From the NCBI GenBank assembly GCA_021613535.1, contig CP075494.1:14756001-14820000 (forward strand): a stretch of DNA of 64,000 nucleotides. Reading direction: 5' to 3'. The translations under genes and the position numbers were made by a program. Origin of the DNA: Adineta vaga. Its lineage: Eukaryota; Animalia; Rotifera. The notes below the pieces were generated by a model, which saw only the letters and a program-made list of their open reading frames with translations, was not told the origin of the DNA and did no database searches. Of the stretch, positions 25,825 to 37,214 are shown in pieces (position 1 is the first letter of the stretch; each line of letters begins with the position of its first letter).

Positions 25825-26217
25825 TTTGATTATCAAATCAGTCAAATTTCAGTCGATGAAATGAAGAAATTTTTATCGTCTGATGAATGAATTTCTACTC
25901 TTCTTTCACTCGTGCTTAACAGGATGAAGATTCAACAAATACTGTCATTACGCAGATGTCGCTCGATAATTTCTTTCGAAATTTTATCGAAAATTGATTT
26001 TAATAAGAAAATCAGATTTGAAATTGTGAAATTGAAAATTTGATTTCTTTTTATTTGTTTATCAGTAAACCAATTGGCATGTTGATGACGATGCAACTGA
26101 CGAATTATAATCACTATTACTATTGATTGTTGGCAGTTTATTTTACATTCTTTTTTTCTCTCGCTTTCTCTCGTTGAATACAGTTTAAGATAATTAATCT
26201 TACAAGAAAAATAAATC

Positions 26218-28953
26218 ATGGAAGATCCAACTAAAGCCGATATTGATGCTATTTTTAAACGATTAAGAGCACTTCCTGCTAATAAAGTTTGTTAAGAATC
26301 ATTCGTTGATTTCTAAATATACTTAATCATAACATATAGGTATGTTTTGATTGTGATGCAAAGAATCCAACATGGGCATCAGTGACATACGGTGTATTTG
26401 TATGCATTGACTGTTCAGCACGACATCGTGGTCTTGGTGTTCATTTATCATTTATTCGTTCAACTAATTTGGATACTAGTTGGGGATGGCTTCAACTTCG
26501 GTAGGTTTAATTCAATTTTCTTTTGATTTTCATTGCTAAATATATGATTATTTAGAGCCATGCAAGTGGGTGGTAATGCAAATGCTGTAAGTTTATTTTT
26601 GAATTTCGCACATGAACGAGAAAGAAAAATAACGAATTCATTTATTATCAGGATTCATTTTTTCAACAACATGGTTGTAATACAAAAGATACCCAACAGA
26701 AATATAATAGTCGAGCTGCTCAACTTTATCGTGAAAAAGTTCATCAACTTGCAACTAAAGCTATGAAACAATATGGAACAAAAGTAATTTCACAAGTTAA
26801 CAGAAATACTGTACTATTAAATATGTTCTTTTAGCTTTTTCTTGAAGATGCTCATAAAAGTGAACATAGCCATTCGATTAGTGAAAAAAAAGAAGGTGAT
26901 TTCTTCCATGAACATACTCAGGCACCAGCAAAAGGTGCCTGGGAAGAGAATGTCGAACTCTCGTCTCAAACAAATAAATCAAATCTTGATCGAAGTAAAT
27001 TTTCTTTTATCATCGTCACATATTTTCATCTGTAATCTTTCTTAGATGAACAACCATCTGAAGGACCTTCTGTTGATCCAAATGTATTGAATAGTGATGC
27101 TTCAGGAAAACCTCTCGATCCGAAAAAATCCACGATTGGTCAACGTCGAGCACCACAACCTAAAAAGGTACGATATCGTTGGCGAATTCTTCTTTGTTTG
27201 AAATGTAAACATTTTCTAGAAAGGATTTGGTGCACAAAAAGTAACAACTGATTTTAAAGAAATCGAACGAAATGTTCAAGAACAAGAAAAATTACGTGAA
27301 CAACAAACACAATTTGAGATTGAAAATCGTAAAGAAACTGAAAAACAATTAGAAAAGCAAATGTAAATTTGATCAATCATCGAATTAAAAGGTCATGCTT
27401 CTCTTTTCTATTACATAGGGCTGGTTTAAAATTTGTGTATGAAGACATTGATAAAAAACGTGAAGTAGCGGAAGCAAAATTAAAACAATCAAATCCACAA
27501 AAAGCGGAACAAATGGAACGTCTTGGAATGGGTTTTGGTAGTCGAAGGTAAATGAGAATTGAATCGTTTGAGACAAAAATTATCATTTCGAACTTTGTTG
27601 AACTTTTCAGTGGTGTAAGTCATAGTGCGATGACAGATATGCAAACAATTCAACAAGAAGGTGTTACATCAACACGAAATGTTTCATTGGCAACAAAAAA
27701 TCGAGATTTCTTCGATGATTTTACTTCATCATCATCATCATCTGGTTTCAATAGTCGATCTAAGTATAAATGAGTTTTTGCATGAAAAATCACCGTGTTT
27801 CTTCACTCTTTAGTTATGATACACCTTCAACAAGAGATTATGATCGATATGATGATGAGACTAGAAAGTACTAACATATTCACTATTTTATAAATGCATG
27901 TGCTTCTCTAACATATCATTTCATAAATCAAATGCTTGTCTACCTAGACAAGAAATAAACATAGAAAGATAATACGCACTTATTTTCCTCTGCTTAGGGA
28001 TATTGATAACTAGTACATTCGAGATCATTTGAGATTCGATGCATGAAAATCCTATAGACATATAGTCAAGTTTTCACATGGGAATATGACAAGATTTGCT
28101 TATTTTTTCTTTTTGTTCCATAGATTGGATGATGATTTATTCAAACCCAAATCTTCATCGAAAACTACTGACACATTTACATCCGAATGGGAAGTTATTG
28201 ATCGTAAAACACCAACAAAAGATTTTGGCTCAAGTGGAAATAGTACTTCCTATTCTTCAAATTATGGTAGTTCATCTGCTAATAGTGGTGGTTACAGGTA
28301 CACAGCAATCTCTTTCATTAGAAATTTATATATGTATATATTCTCTTAGTTCAACATCGAAACCATCAACATCTTACAGCAGCAGTAGTAATAATGATGG
28401 CGATGCTTTGAAACGATTTTCCAATGCAAAAGCAATATCAAGTGATCAATTCTTCAATAAAGATTCGGATGTATGTTTTTTTTTGTTAGAAATGAATATG
28501 TTAAACGTAATACTAATCTTCCTATTTCTTGTAGAATGATCGTAATAATGTAACAGCACGTTTTCAAGGAAGTTCAAGTATTTCAAGTGAAGATTACTTT
28601 GGTGATCCAAATAAGAAATCTCAAGATCGTGCAAATTACCAAGGTCCCGATTTAACAACAATGAAAGCTGATTTTAAAGAAGGTGTTTCGAAAGCAGCTG
28701 GTCGTCTCTCATCATTGGCTAGTAGTGTAATGTCAAGTATTCAGGTAAGAAAGAATAAATATATATTCTCAGAGAGAACATTTCTTCATCTTAAATTAAT
28801 ACATTTTTATAGAAGAAATAAGTCATTTGGGTAAGAATGAAAGGGCTTACAATTTAAATATTCTAAAATGGTTATGGGTTTTATTCGAAAAGTTGTTTTT
28901 TTGTATAAAGAAATGAAAACAATGATTATTTTCTTTTCTAGGATCGGTATTGA
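26218..28953 (+). CDS. ADP-ribosylation factor GTPase-activating protein 2/3 (Glo3 family)
   Basis: [54 protein letters not shown]; ERLGMGF; VSHS; Glo3 motif [10 protein letters not shown]...[10 protein letters not shown]; C-terminal SSIQDRY. Confidence 0.93.
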
Positions 28954-29740
28954 ATTGTTTGAGAAGAATGATGTGGCATTGTTATCATCTTTCTATTATT
29001 TGTTTTATCTTCTTTTTCTACACCAGCATTTGACTTCTTGTTCAACATATAAATAAATGCTTTATCATATCAAGAAGATCATTTAATGTCATACATTTTC
29101 TTTTCTTTCTGGTTGTTTGTTATATCTTTGTCATGTGTGCTTGTTCTTCTTTTAATTTATTTTAAAACACAACATACTTGTCCTTCTTATCTAAATGCAT
29201 ATTAATATAAATATAAGGAGAAAAACAAAATTTCAATCGTTAAACACGCCATTTACTGGTACAGATCGATATCGAATATCGTTCACGTTAATCCATGTAT
29301 GAAGAAGAATATGAATTAGTTTGATTTTGTCTTATAATAGTCTTCGTACACGTTTACAAGAATCGAATATAAATAATTTGCAAAGGTTTCGACGTGCCAT
29401 ATTTGTTAAAGAATAACTAAAACAGTAGTGTTTTTATTATACATTTTTCTAATTGATTTTATTCATTTATTTTGAGATGAAGTGTAGACGTAAGAATGAG
29501 AAAAAGTATTTCTTCGAGTATCAACATTTTTTTTCCTTCGATACCAACAAAAAACAACAAGTATCATACTCAACATCGTCGCCTCTCACGATAGGAAAAA
29601 ACACAGACGTCTAAGAGAAAGAAGAGAAGAATAAAACTATACTCATAGTAGTTTTATTTTATTATATCGATAATAGAGGAAGCATCACCTATATTTGTAT
29701 AATCTGCCTACACTGCATTGTTTCTCAGGACATATTCAAT

Positions 29741-30354
29741 ATGAAATACGTCATTACAGAACAATTTTCATTTCGAAATAAAAAATTTCGAATAACTCGA
29801 AATGCAAAAAAACTTTGTAAAGCTCGTGTTAGTCAGAATAAACAATACAAAGATCGTTACAAGTAATGCTTTTCATTGATTTCTTCTCATGTACATATAT
29901 TTGTTTATTTATTTAATTTAGTATAAAATTATCAAATCGAATGAATCGATTTATTGGAGGAAGTACTTGTTTTGTCGAACCAGATCCAAAACAACCACAA
30001 AGTTATTTAATTTATTTACGAAATGATGAAACGAAAGAAAAAAGGCTCGTTTCTCAATTTGCCTATCAACTATCTGGTCACAATAATTATCTTTATACAA
30101 TCAATATTGGTAACAAATTGTATAGTGTACAAAGTTGTGATTTAAAATATCGCCGCTTAGCTGTTATTGATACACTTCCAACAACTACTTCCACACAATA
30201 CAATTGTCCGGAAACCTTATTTGAAGTTATTGATACATTTGCCAAATCAAATAAGGAATATCATATTACAATAAATGATGGTGAAAACCAATATAGTTAT
30301 CTAGCTGTGACGATTCTTCTTCATTTACATGAGCGACAACGAAATAGTAATTAA
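29741..30354 (+). CDS. LURP-one-related / tubby C-terminal-like protein (two exons; intron 29863-29921)
   Basis: In-frame splice YN|IKLSNRM. N-terminal MKYVITEQFSFRNKKFRI and C-terminal YHITINDGENQYSYLAVTILLHL resemble the LOR/scramblase barrel with a buried terminal helix. Family call is tentative. Confidence 0.55.
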
Positions 30355-30778
30355 TTATGATTATTTAATGTCTATCAGAATAAATCAGATGCTTTTTTTT
30401 TCTTCATTTGAATTGAATGATGTCATAATTCATTTGTCGGGAGAATAGGTTAGATAAAAAAGCGTGAATGATTCTTGATTCATGTTGGCAAATACAACTG
30501 TTCTTGACCTTTAGAAATAAAAAGGAAATAAAACATGAGTAAATAGAAAATGAATAAGACATTTCCTTACAAATGAAAATTTGAAACAAATAGAATTTGT
30601 GTATTGCTTTCTTTGTCGAAATCTAAACACTTTTATTATCTAAAGAAAGAAGGTGACTGAAGTAGGATGTGTCATTAGTGGACTAAAGATAGTGAATAGC
30701 GTCATCAAGTCTTGTTATCAAAAATATCAGATCATATATAAAAAAAAAAGAATATTTTTGAGTATCATTTAAACAATC

Positions 30779-31219
30779 ATGAAATTTTTTCTTCTTTCGT
30801 TTCTTGTTACTTTGTTTCTCATTGACGGAATAGAAAATGCACCAGTTATTCATCCTGTACATGTTCATACAATACCTCTACGTCCAGTGACGGCTCGGCC
30901 AGCATCGACGGTCACTACAGGTCATTCTTCCCATCGTCCTCATATGAGTTCTACTACGTCATCATCTACGCACCATCACTATATACCATGGCGATCAAGT
31001 AACTATTCAACTTGGACGAGTGGTCTTCGTATAACAGGTTATGTCTTATTGAGTTTGGCGATATTAAAAGGTCTTTCAAGTTTATGCAAATCAAAGAAAC
31101 CAGAAAAAACAAATACAAAAGACACATCAAAAGTAGTTACGAATAAATTATTTGTTTCAACCATTGATGGTAAACATGAAGAATTACCACCATCATACGC
31201 AGAAATCCATAAAATATAA
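30779..31219 (+). CDS. Small type I membrane protein with His/Ser/Thr-rich ectodomain and PPxY tail
   Basis: Signal peptide MKFFLLSFLVTLFLIDGIEN, low-complexity stalk, one TM segment (ITGYVLLSLAILKGLSSLC), basic stop-transfer, terminal ELPPSYAEI. Confidence 0.75.
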   Translation: MKFFLLSFLVTLFLIDGIENAPVIHPVHVHTIPLRPVTARPASTVTTGHSSHRPHMSSTTSSSTHHHYIPWRSSNYSTWTSGLRITGYVLLSLAILKGLSSLCKSKKPEKTNTKDTSKVVTNKLFVSTIDGKHEELPPSYAEIHKI

Positions 31220-31506
31220 ATATTTGATCAATAATGAATAGTAATTTATTTTTTGTAATTTCATTAATTTTTCTTCATATCATCATATTAGTAAAAAGAA
31301 AATACAGAATCAGAATAAATTGATAGAATATATTTCGAAAGTAATTCATTTTCTTATTCAAAATCGAAAAAACAGCAAAGACAAAAAAATAATTTTACAA
31401 AGAAAAGAAAACAAACATTCGAGACTTAGAATTAATTGTTCGTTTGATCATATCTATTTATATACCACAGAACTAAAATATCAATGAAATCGATAAAAAA
31501 AATACT

Positions 31507-32548
31507 TTAAGCTTCACCTTCTTGATGAAACGATGTTGTTGTTAAAGCTTTTAATGGCATATTTCGATTAACAATAGGTGGTAGAATTGTTTGTAATTTA
31601 ATCGCAGATCGGGATGGTGAACGTCGATTTGTTTCGAGATTTTCAACATGATTATTATTCAGTAATTGTCGTTGTCGTTTAGTAAATAATTGTTCTTCTT
31701 CAAATTCGACACTTTTTGAAGAGAATGGACGTAATTGTTGTGGGGGTGTTGGTGGTCGGCGTTTAACAAATAGAACTTTAGTTGAATCTGTTTCGGGACT
31801 ATCACGATGATCAAGTGACGATGAACGATTCGATATATGTTTATTTGAGAGTAATGGGGGTTGATGTTGTGGTCGTTTAATTACATCTATAGTTTGTAAT
31901 TTTCCTGGTTTATTCGGTAGAATCATTTTGCCTAAACGTGTTCGAGTTTGTAATTGTTGTTGATGTTGTTTCTCTTGATGTAATTGATTCGTTAATTGTG
32001 CAATTAATGTTGAACGTTTTTCAAGTTCAATTTTTAATTCTCGTTGTTTATCATTTTCTAAACGTAAGTCAAGTGTATGATTTCGTTCACTAACAAGTAG
32101 ACGATTTTTATAATCATTTATTGATCTTTCTTTCTCTTCTAAAAGTCTGGTTAGATTCTTAACTGTTTCTTTACATTCATGGATTTCATTTTCAAGTTGT
32201 TCAATAGTTAATCGAAGTTTACCTACAATATAATATATGTATATATATATAAAATAAACGATCATCAGATTTGAATGAACATTTACCATCCTCAGAAGAC
32301 GTAACTACCGTACCACCACCAATTGCTAATTGAAAAGTGAGATCTAAATATGAAATGATAATGAAAAGAAGAATAGAATTGATTTTCTACGAACCACTGC
32401 ATTTTTGTTGCCATTTAGCGATTTCTTCATGAAGATTAGTCAATGTTGATGCATGTTCACGTTGAATAAATGCAATCGATTTTTCTGCACTTTGAAGTTG
32501 TTGAACAAGAGTAGTAGTATGAATCGAATTTGATGTTACATTCGACAT
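31507..32548 (-). CDS. CCDC92: Coiled-coil domain protein 92-like
   Basis: N-terminal QLQSAEKSIAFIQREHASTLTNLHEEIAKWQQKCSDLTFQL (CCDC92/74 signature); coiled coil ELEKRSTLIAQLTNQLH; ILPPI near the C-terminus. Confidence 0.8.
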
Positions 32549-32895
32549 AATTCAAATCTAAAATGAATTGAAAAGATATTTGAACAATGTTCATCGAGAA
32601 GAATGAATGAAAGAACAGATGTTCGATTTTATTTCTGTTTTTTGTTATTGTACGCAGTTATAAAACAAATCTACATAAAAATTCTTGGTTTTCTTTTTTA
32701 TCGTGTTCAACACTAATCGTTACAAAGAAAGATATTCAAGACTATAAAGTACGTAATACGAACAAATTCATGTCTAATGATACATATTATATAAAAGGAG
32801 AAAGAGAATACGCATTGACAAATCTAAAGAAGGAAGAATGTAAAAAGATAAAATAACCTAATATCTGACATCGATTACATTAATTGAGATTTGAT

Positions 32896-35800
32896 TTAAT
32901 CATCACGACTATTCCAATTGCGAATTTTAGAACGAGCAGTACCTCCTCCTCGTGCTCCACCTCGTGTGGGTCCTGCTTGCGAAGGTCTTGTTGAACGTGC
33001 TGTCAATGCTTTTCGTTGTGCATTGATATTCATCGTCGACGATTCTAAAGAATTTTTCGATCATATCAAAACAAATTCAAAAGATAAACAAATGATTTTA
33101 CTCGCTATCGATGGTCCTTTTCCAGGTGTATTATCCAATACTTTCCATAAATCACGAATATTTTCTGAAGCTATAGTTGTGATTGTATTATCACTTTGGA
33201 TTAGTGGATCTAAAAACAAAGAACGAAGAAGATGACGATGGAAATCATTTGATGAGTTTACTTTCAGCTTTTTCAGGTGCACTTATCGGTCTTTGCTGCT
33301 GTTGTTGTTGTTGTTGTTGTTGTAAATCATTGGCTAGTTGATGTGATCGTTTGCGATTTTCTAACTCCTGACAGAAAAGAAAGAAAGAAAGTTATTTATC
33401 ATTGAAAATAAAACACTTCACTTGTTTTGTTAAGGCGTATTGAAGTTGTTCAAGCCGTTGAAGTTTATTTTCAAGGTTAACAACATCTTTTTTAGGAGAA
33501 ATTGAAACATTCGAACGATGATTTGTTGGAATTGTATCAACGATTTGTGGACGTTTGATTAATACTGGTTCATCTAAATCCAAAGAATCGATTAGATTTT
33601 CTAAGAAATAGAATAATCAAATACCTTCATGTTGATTTAATTGTGCTCGTAAATGATTACTTATTTCAAGTAAACGTTCTTTATCACGAATTAATGTTTG
33701 AATACGATTATTCAATTGTTCTAATCGTCGTTTTAACTGTTCATTTTCTTGTCGAAGAAGAACTTCTGTCACATTGATTCCATCTTCATTATTTTCATTC
33801 GTTAGTTTTGGTCGAATTTCTTCAAAATGAAATAAATTACGGACGGAAAGTCGAATATGAAACAACGAACCTGCATATTTTTTAGTTAAACGTTCAATTT
33901 CATCTTGAAGTTGTTGAATGAGAATTTCTTGACCACCATAATTAAAAAGTGGAATACGACCAGCTAATTCTAATTTTGCTTCACTTAACTTGAAAAAAAG
34001 ATTTTCTTTTTAATGTATTCCGAAAGATTCATCTTTATTTCTAACAATACCTTTCGTTCTAATTCAGCTACATCAGCATTTCTTTCAATAATTGACTTTT
34101 GATATTCATCTGCTTCGCGTCTGGTTTCCAAAAGATGTACTTCGATATCACTCATTTTTTGTTTCATACTTGTCAATTCAGTTTGATGTCGACGCTCATC
34201 AGCATTTAATTGATACGTTAACTGATCAATACGTGATTGTCTTTGTCGAAGCTGAGAAACGAGAAAGAGTTAGAATTGATTCGAAAACAAATGAAAATGA
34301 ATTACTTCGCGTTGAAAATTATCATGATTCTTTTCGATTTGAATTAGACGACCTTCTAATTTTCTAACTTGAGATACCAATTGCATCTTTTCCGTTCGAA
34401 GAGCAGCTGAAAACAAACAACAAATTTTCCTTTTCTTTCACAAGATTAATTCGTTTCTTTACCAATTGTATTATTTAATGATTGAACATAACTATTCAAT
34501 TGTGGATTCTTTTTCAATTCATTATTCATAGTTGTATGATCAACATCAATATTCGAATGTCGAGAATCAAGTCGAGCAATGAGATCGCGATTTTGTTGAC
34601 GTAATGTTTGATTTTCATTTTGTAATTCTGTAACTAAACTTGGTTGTCCTGATGTTGTTTGACCTGGTAAATCACTAACTAATGATTCCATTTGTTGTCG
34701 CATTTGTGAAATAACAGATCGAAGATTTTCATTTTCACGTTGTAGAACAACTAAGACATCAGCATCACCACCGCTCTATTGAAGAAAAATGAAATTCAAT
34801 GATTTATTATTGATATTTTACCGATTTATATTGATTCGTATAAGCTTTGAGTAGATCATCTTTAAAACGAAGATCATTTTCGAGTTTTTTCACTTGAGCA
34901 ATGGACTAAACGACGAAAAAATATTGTTTGTAAGAAGAAAAGAAAACGACGACGAGAGGAGACACCTGTTCATGAGCACTGGAGATTTTCTCGATTAAAT
35001 CTTCTGATTTATGATATTCTTGTCTTTGATTTTGTTCGAATTTCTTTTGCCAATCAAGATCTAATTGTGCTTTCGCTTCTTCTAATGCACGTTCTCGGTC
35101 CAAAGCATCTTCTAATTCTTTTTTATATCTATCAAATAATGAATTTTATTCCATCGTTTTCCAAACAAATTTTCGCCTACCGATTAATATGATTATCTTT
35201 GATTTTGAGTTCACCTTTTAATGTATCACATTCTTCTTGTATAGCACGATGTTCAATATTTTCATTTGCATGTTCTTTACTTATTTGTGTTAATTGATGA
35301 TTCCATTGTTTTTTTATTCGATTGATTTCATCTTGTAAACTATAAGAAGTAGAAAATAATCAATTCAGTTCCGAAGCATTTGGAGAGATTGTACCTCGAG
35401 AGAGAAGTATCTTTCTCTCGAATGATTTGTTCATGTTCACGTTGTTTTTCATTCAATTGTTGTCGTAATTGAAAACATTGATCATTTAAAGTTTCCCATT
35501 TACTTTCAAGTTCTTGATAACTTTCTTTAAATTGTTCAAGTTTAACATCTTTTTCGCGTAATAATCGATCGAGTTCACTATATCTAAAGCATATATTTCT
35601 GATGAAGAGAAAAGCACAAGCTACTTCCTTTCGATAACTGATGAGTCATCTCATACTACAAGTTGCTTTTCAACAACTCAAACGGTAAAAATGAAAATTT
35701 TACGCTGTAAAGTGCAAACAAAATGTACTTGACTTAGTTTTTTTTTAATTTCTTTTAAAACTTCCTCAGACATATACTTCATATCTTTCTCACCGATACT

Positions 35801-36887
35801 TTTAAGTCGTATTGAATCGACTTACTTTCGACTATAATCATCTTCTCGTTCTTGAAGTCTTCCATCGACATTGCTACACTTTGATTCTAATTCTTTAATT
35901 CTAAAAAGATGTTGTAGTTTTTTTTTCATTAGAATTGATAAATTAAGCCACGAATTACCTAGCATTTTTCACTGCATCTTGTTCATGTAATTGCCATTCC
36001 TGTTCTTTTACTAATTTATCTAACGTTTTTATTCGTTCTGTTAAATCCGTTTTTGTCAATTCTAAATTTCGAATTGTTTGTAAATGTTGTTCCATTTCTT
36101 CGGATAATAATTTACTCTAAAACATCAGGATATTCAACAAAAAGATGTCATATATTTATTTCTATACCTTAAGTTCACTCGCTAATTGTAAATTATTCAC
36201 ATCATCATATTTTCGTTTCCAATCACATTCGAATTTTTTCGTTTGAGTATCAAATTCATTGGTTAATTCTCGTCGTTGTCTTTCAAGTTCATTTTCTAAT
36301 TCAGTTAATCGACGATTTATTGTTCGACGTTCTTGTTCCAATTGTTCACGTTCAGTTTGAAGAATTTGATCACATTGTTGTTTATAATTCGATAAATCTT
36401 TTTCTTTTATTGATAATCGATGAAGAAAATGTTTTTTTTCTTCATCAATTTGTGATTCGATTTGTTTTTTTAATGTATATAATTGATCATTGACGATTTT
36501 TAATTCTGATATTTCACTATTTTTTTCATTTAAAACTTTTTTTAATTCTAAAATATTCAATTAAATTTCCAATCGATGAAAGAAAGAAATGATGACAAAC
36601 CTTTCAAACGATTATCAAATGTAGCTAATTCTTTATCTCGATCATCGATTAGTTTTAAATTATATTTAAAATCGTCCGATAAACGAGAATATTTCTGATT
36701 TAATTCACCAATTTGTTGATCTTTACGTTCAACTGTTGTCTCCAATGTTATAAGTCTAAACGATAAATTCATCAGTTAGTTCTTTTCTTTTTCGTTTTTG
36801 GCTAGAAAATCAATACCGTTCTTGCATAACAGTTAACCATTCTTTTTCTTTTTGTAAAGCAAGTTGTTTTAATGCTTGATCGTCCAT
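32896..36887 (-). CDS. CCDC57: Coiled-coil domain protein 57 (centriole/cilium)
   Basis: LALQKEKEW start, LSDDFKYNLKLIDDRDKEL, LQRENENLRSVISQMRQQME, EKERLLEISNHLRAQL-like segment, LEQLQYALT, C-terminal KIRNWNSRDD (compare KIRNYN). Confidence 0.88.
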
Positions 36888-36950
36888 ATCGAGTTCGTAT
36901 CAATGTCAATTTCAAGTCATTTTTTTTTCATTCTTCCATTTGGAATTCTC

Positions 36951-36963
36951 GTTACCAGGCAAC
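36951..36963. promoter_or_regulatory. RFX X-box in the CCDC57/ODAD2 bidirectional promoter
   Basis: GTTACCAGGCAAC fits GTNRCC-N(0-3)-RGYAAC. A second X-box-like GTTGCTTAGTTAC lies at 37107-37119. Confidence 0.75.
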
Positions 36964-37214
36964 AATGAAGGCAGAACAAAGTGCATTACCGTACAGGATA
37001 TTGAATGCATATACTTTTTCTAGTGATAAAATGAACGGAATGATAGATCTGTTGATTATAGAAGTATTAATTAATGATTTGAAAGAATTTTAATTGAAAC
37101 AATTAAGTTGCTTAGTTACATAAGATGCAAACTTAGAATGATGGTATCAACTTGAAATGCTTCTAAGTGGTTTACAAATCGATTAGAAAACGAAAAGAAG
37201 AAGAAAGAAAAACG

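Noticed and set aside
35638-35710. CTGATGAG suggesting a hammerhead ribozyme core
   Set aside because: No correctly placed stem II-GAAA and stem III/NUH. The other CTGATGA hits I inspected also lack the topology.
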